Below, piece after piece: positions 63,845-64,000 of a stretch of DNA of 64,000 nt. The stretch is from assembly GCA_963742875.1 (NCBI GenBank), contig CAVUNO010000007.1, forward strand, positions 65,116 through 129,115, written 5' to 3'. The first letter of the stretch is position 1. Every line of letters starts with the position of its first letter. A program made the translations under genes and the position numbers. Source of the DNA: an uncultured Actinomycetes bacterium (GTDB lineage: Bacteria > Actinomycetota > Actinomycetes > Streptosporangiales > Streptosporangiaceae). The notes beneath the pieces are model-generated. The model ran no database searches and was not told the DNA's origin. It saw only the letters and a program-made list of their open reading frames with translations.

Positions 63845-64000
63845 CGGACAAGCACGAGAAGGCGGGCGCCGGCCGCTGAGCTGGGGGTTTCGATCTGGGC
63901 GGCCGTCGCCAGGAGGCGGGCGGGGCTTGTCAGGAGGCGGGCGGGACGCCGGCGGAGCGGGACCGGTCGCGGCGCAGCGGCACCGCGCGGGTCACCGGGC

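Noticed and set aside
1-64000. tRNA, rRNA, tmRNA, RNase P or other well-known RNA genes
   Set aside because: Scanning by eye found no T-loop-type GGTTCGAATCC motifs outside coding contexts, no rRNA-like stretches and no other familiar RNA signatures. A covariance-model scan would be needed for certainty.

Overview
Very GC-rich (about 70% by eye, not computed) actinobacterial chromosomal segment; rbpA, ppm1, lgt and mycofactocin genes all point to Actinomycetota. I recognised no rRNA, tRNA or CRISPR. Housekeeping genes are present: glgA 3' end, ppk2, purU, ptrB, prs-like, adk-like, two RNA methyltransferases, a GDPD gene, rbpA, ppm1 and lgt. They are interleaved with accessory and decaying material. 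(1) A circularly permuted ATP-grasp / alpha-E / transglutaminase triad with an FmdB zinc-ribbon gene. (2) A STAS, CheB-like, CheR-PAS and PAS/GAF/PP2C signalling neighbourhood. (3) A divergent lysine-aminomutase cluster (kamA | kdd-kamD-kamE-kal) with no kce in the window, and a roughly 300-bp GC-rich hairpin repeat block between kamD and kamE. (4) A collapsed mycofactocin locus: only mftB and a frameshifted mftF, which carries a perfect 7 x 15-bp in-frame repeat, separated by an internally deleted IS200/IS605 tnpB relic. (5) Six SRPBCC-fold genes or fragments. (6) Many gene fragments: CoxL-like, Gfo/Idh/MocA, XRE, AKR, CPA2, ABC ATPase and integrase-like. About a dozen recognisable genes need a 1-nt frame correction. 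This means either real gene decay or uncorrected assembly indels, and the sequence alone cannot decide. All functional calls come from reading the translated ORFs for family hallmark motifs; no database search was run.
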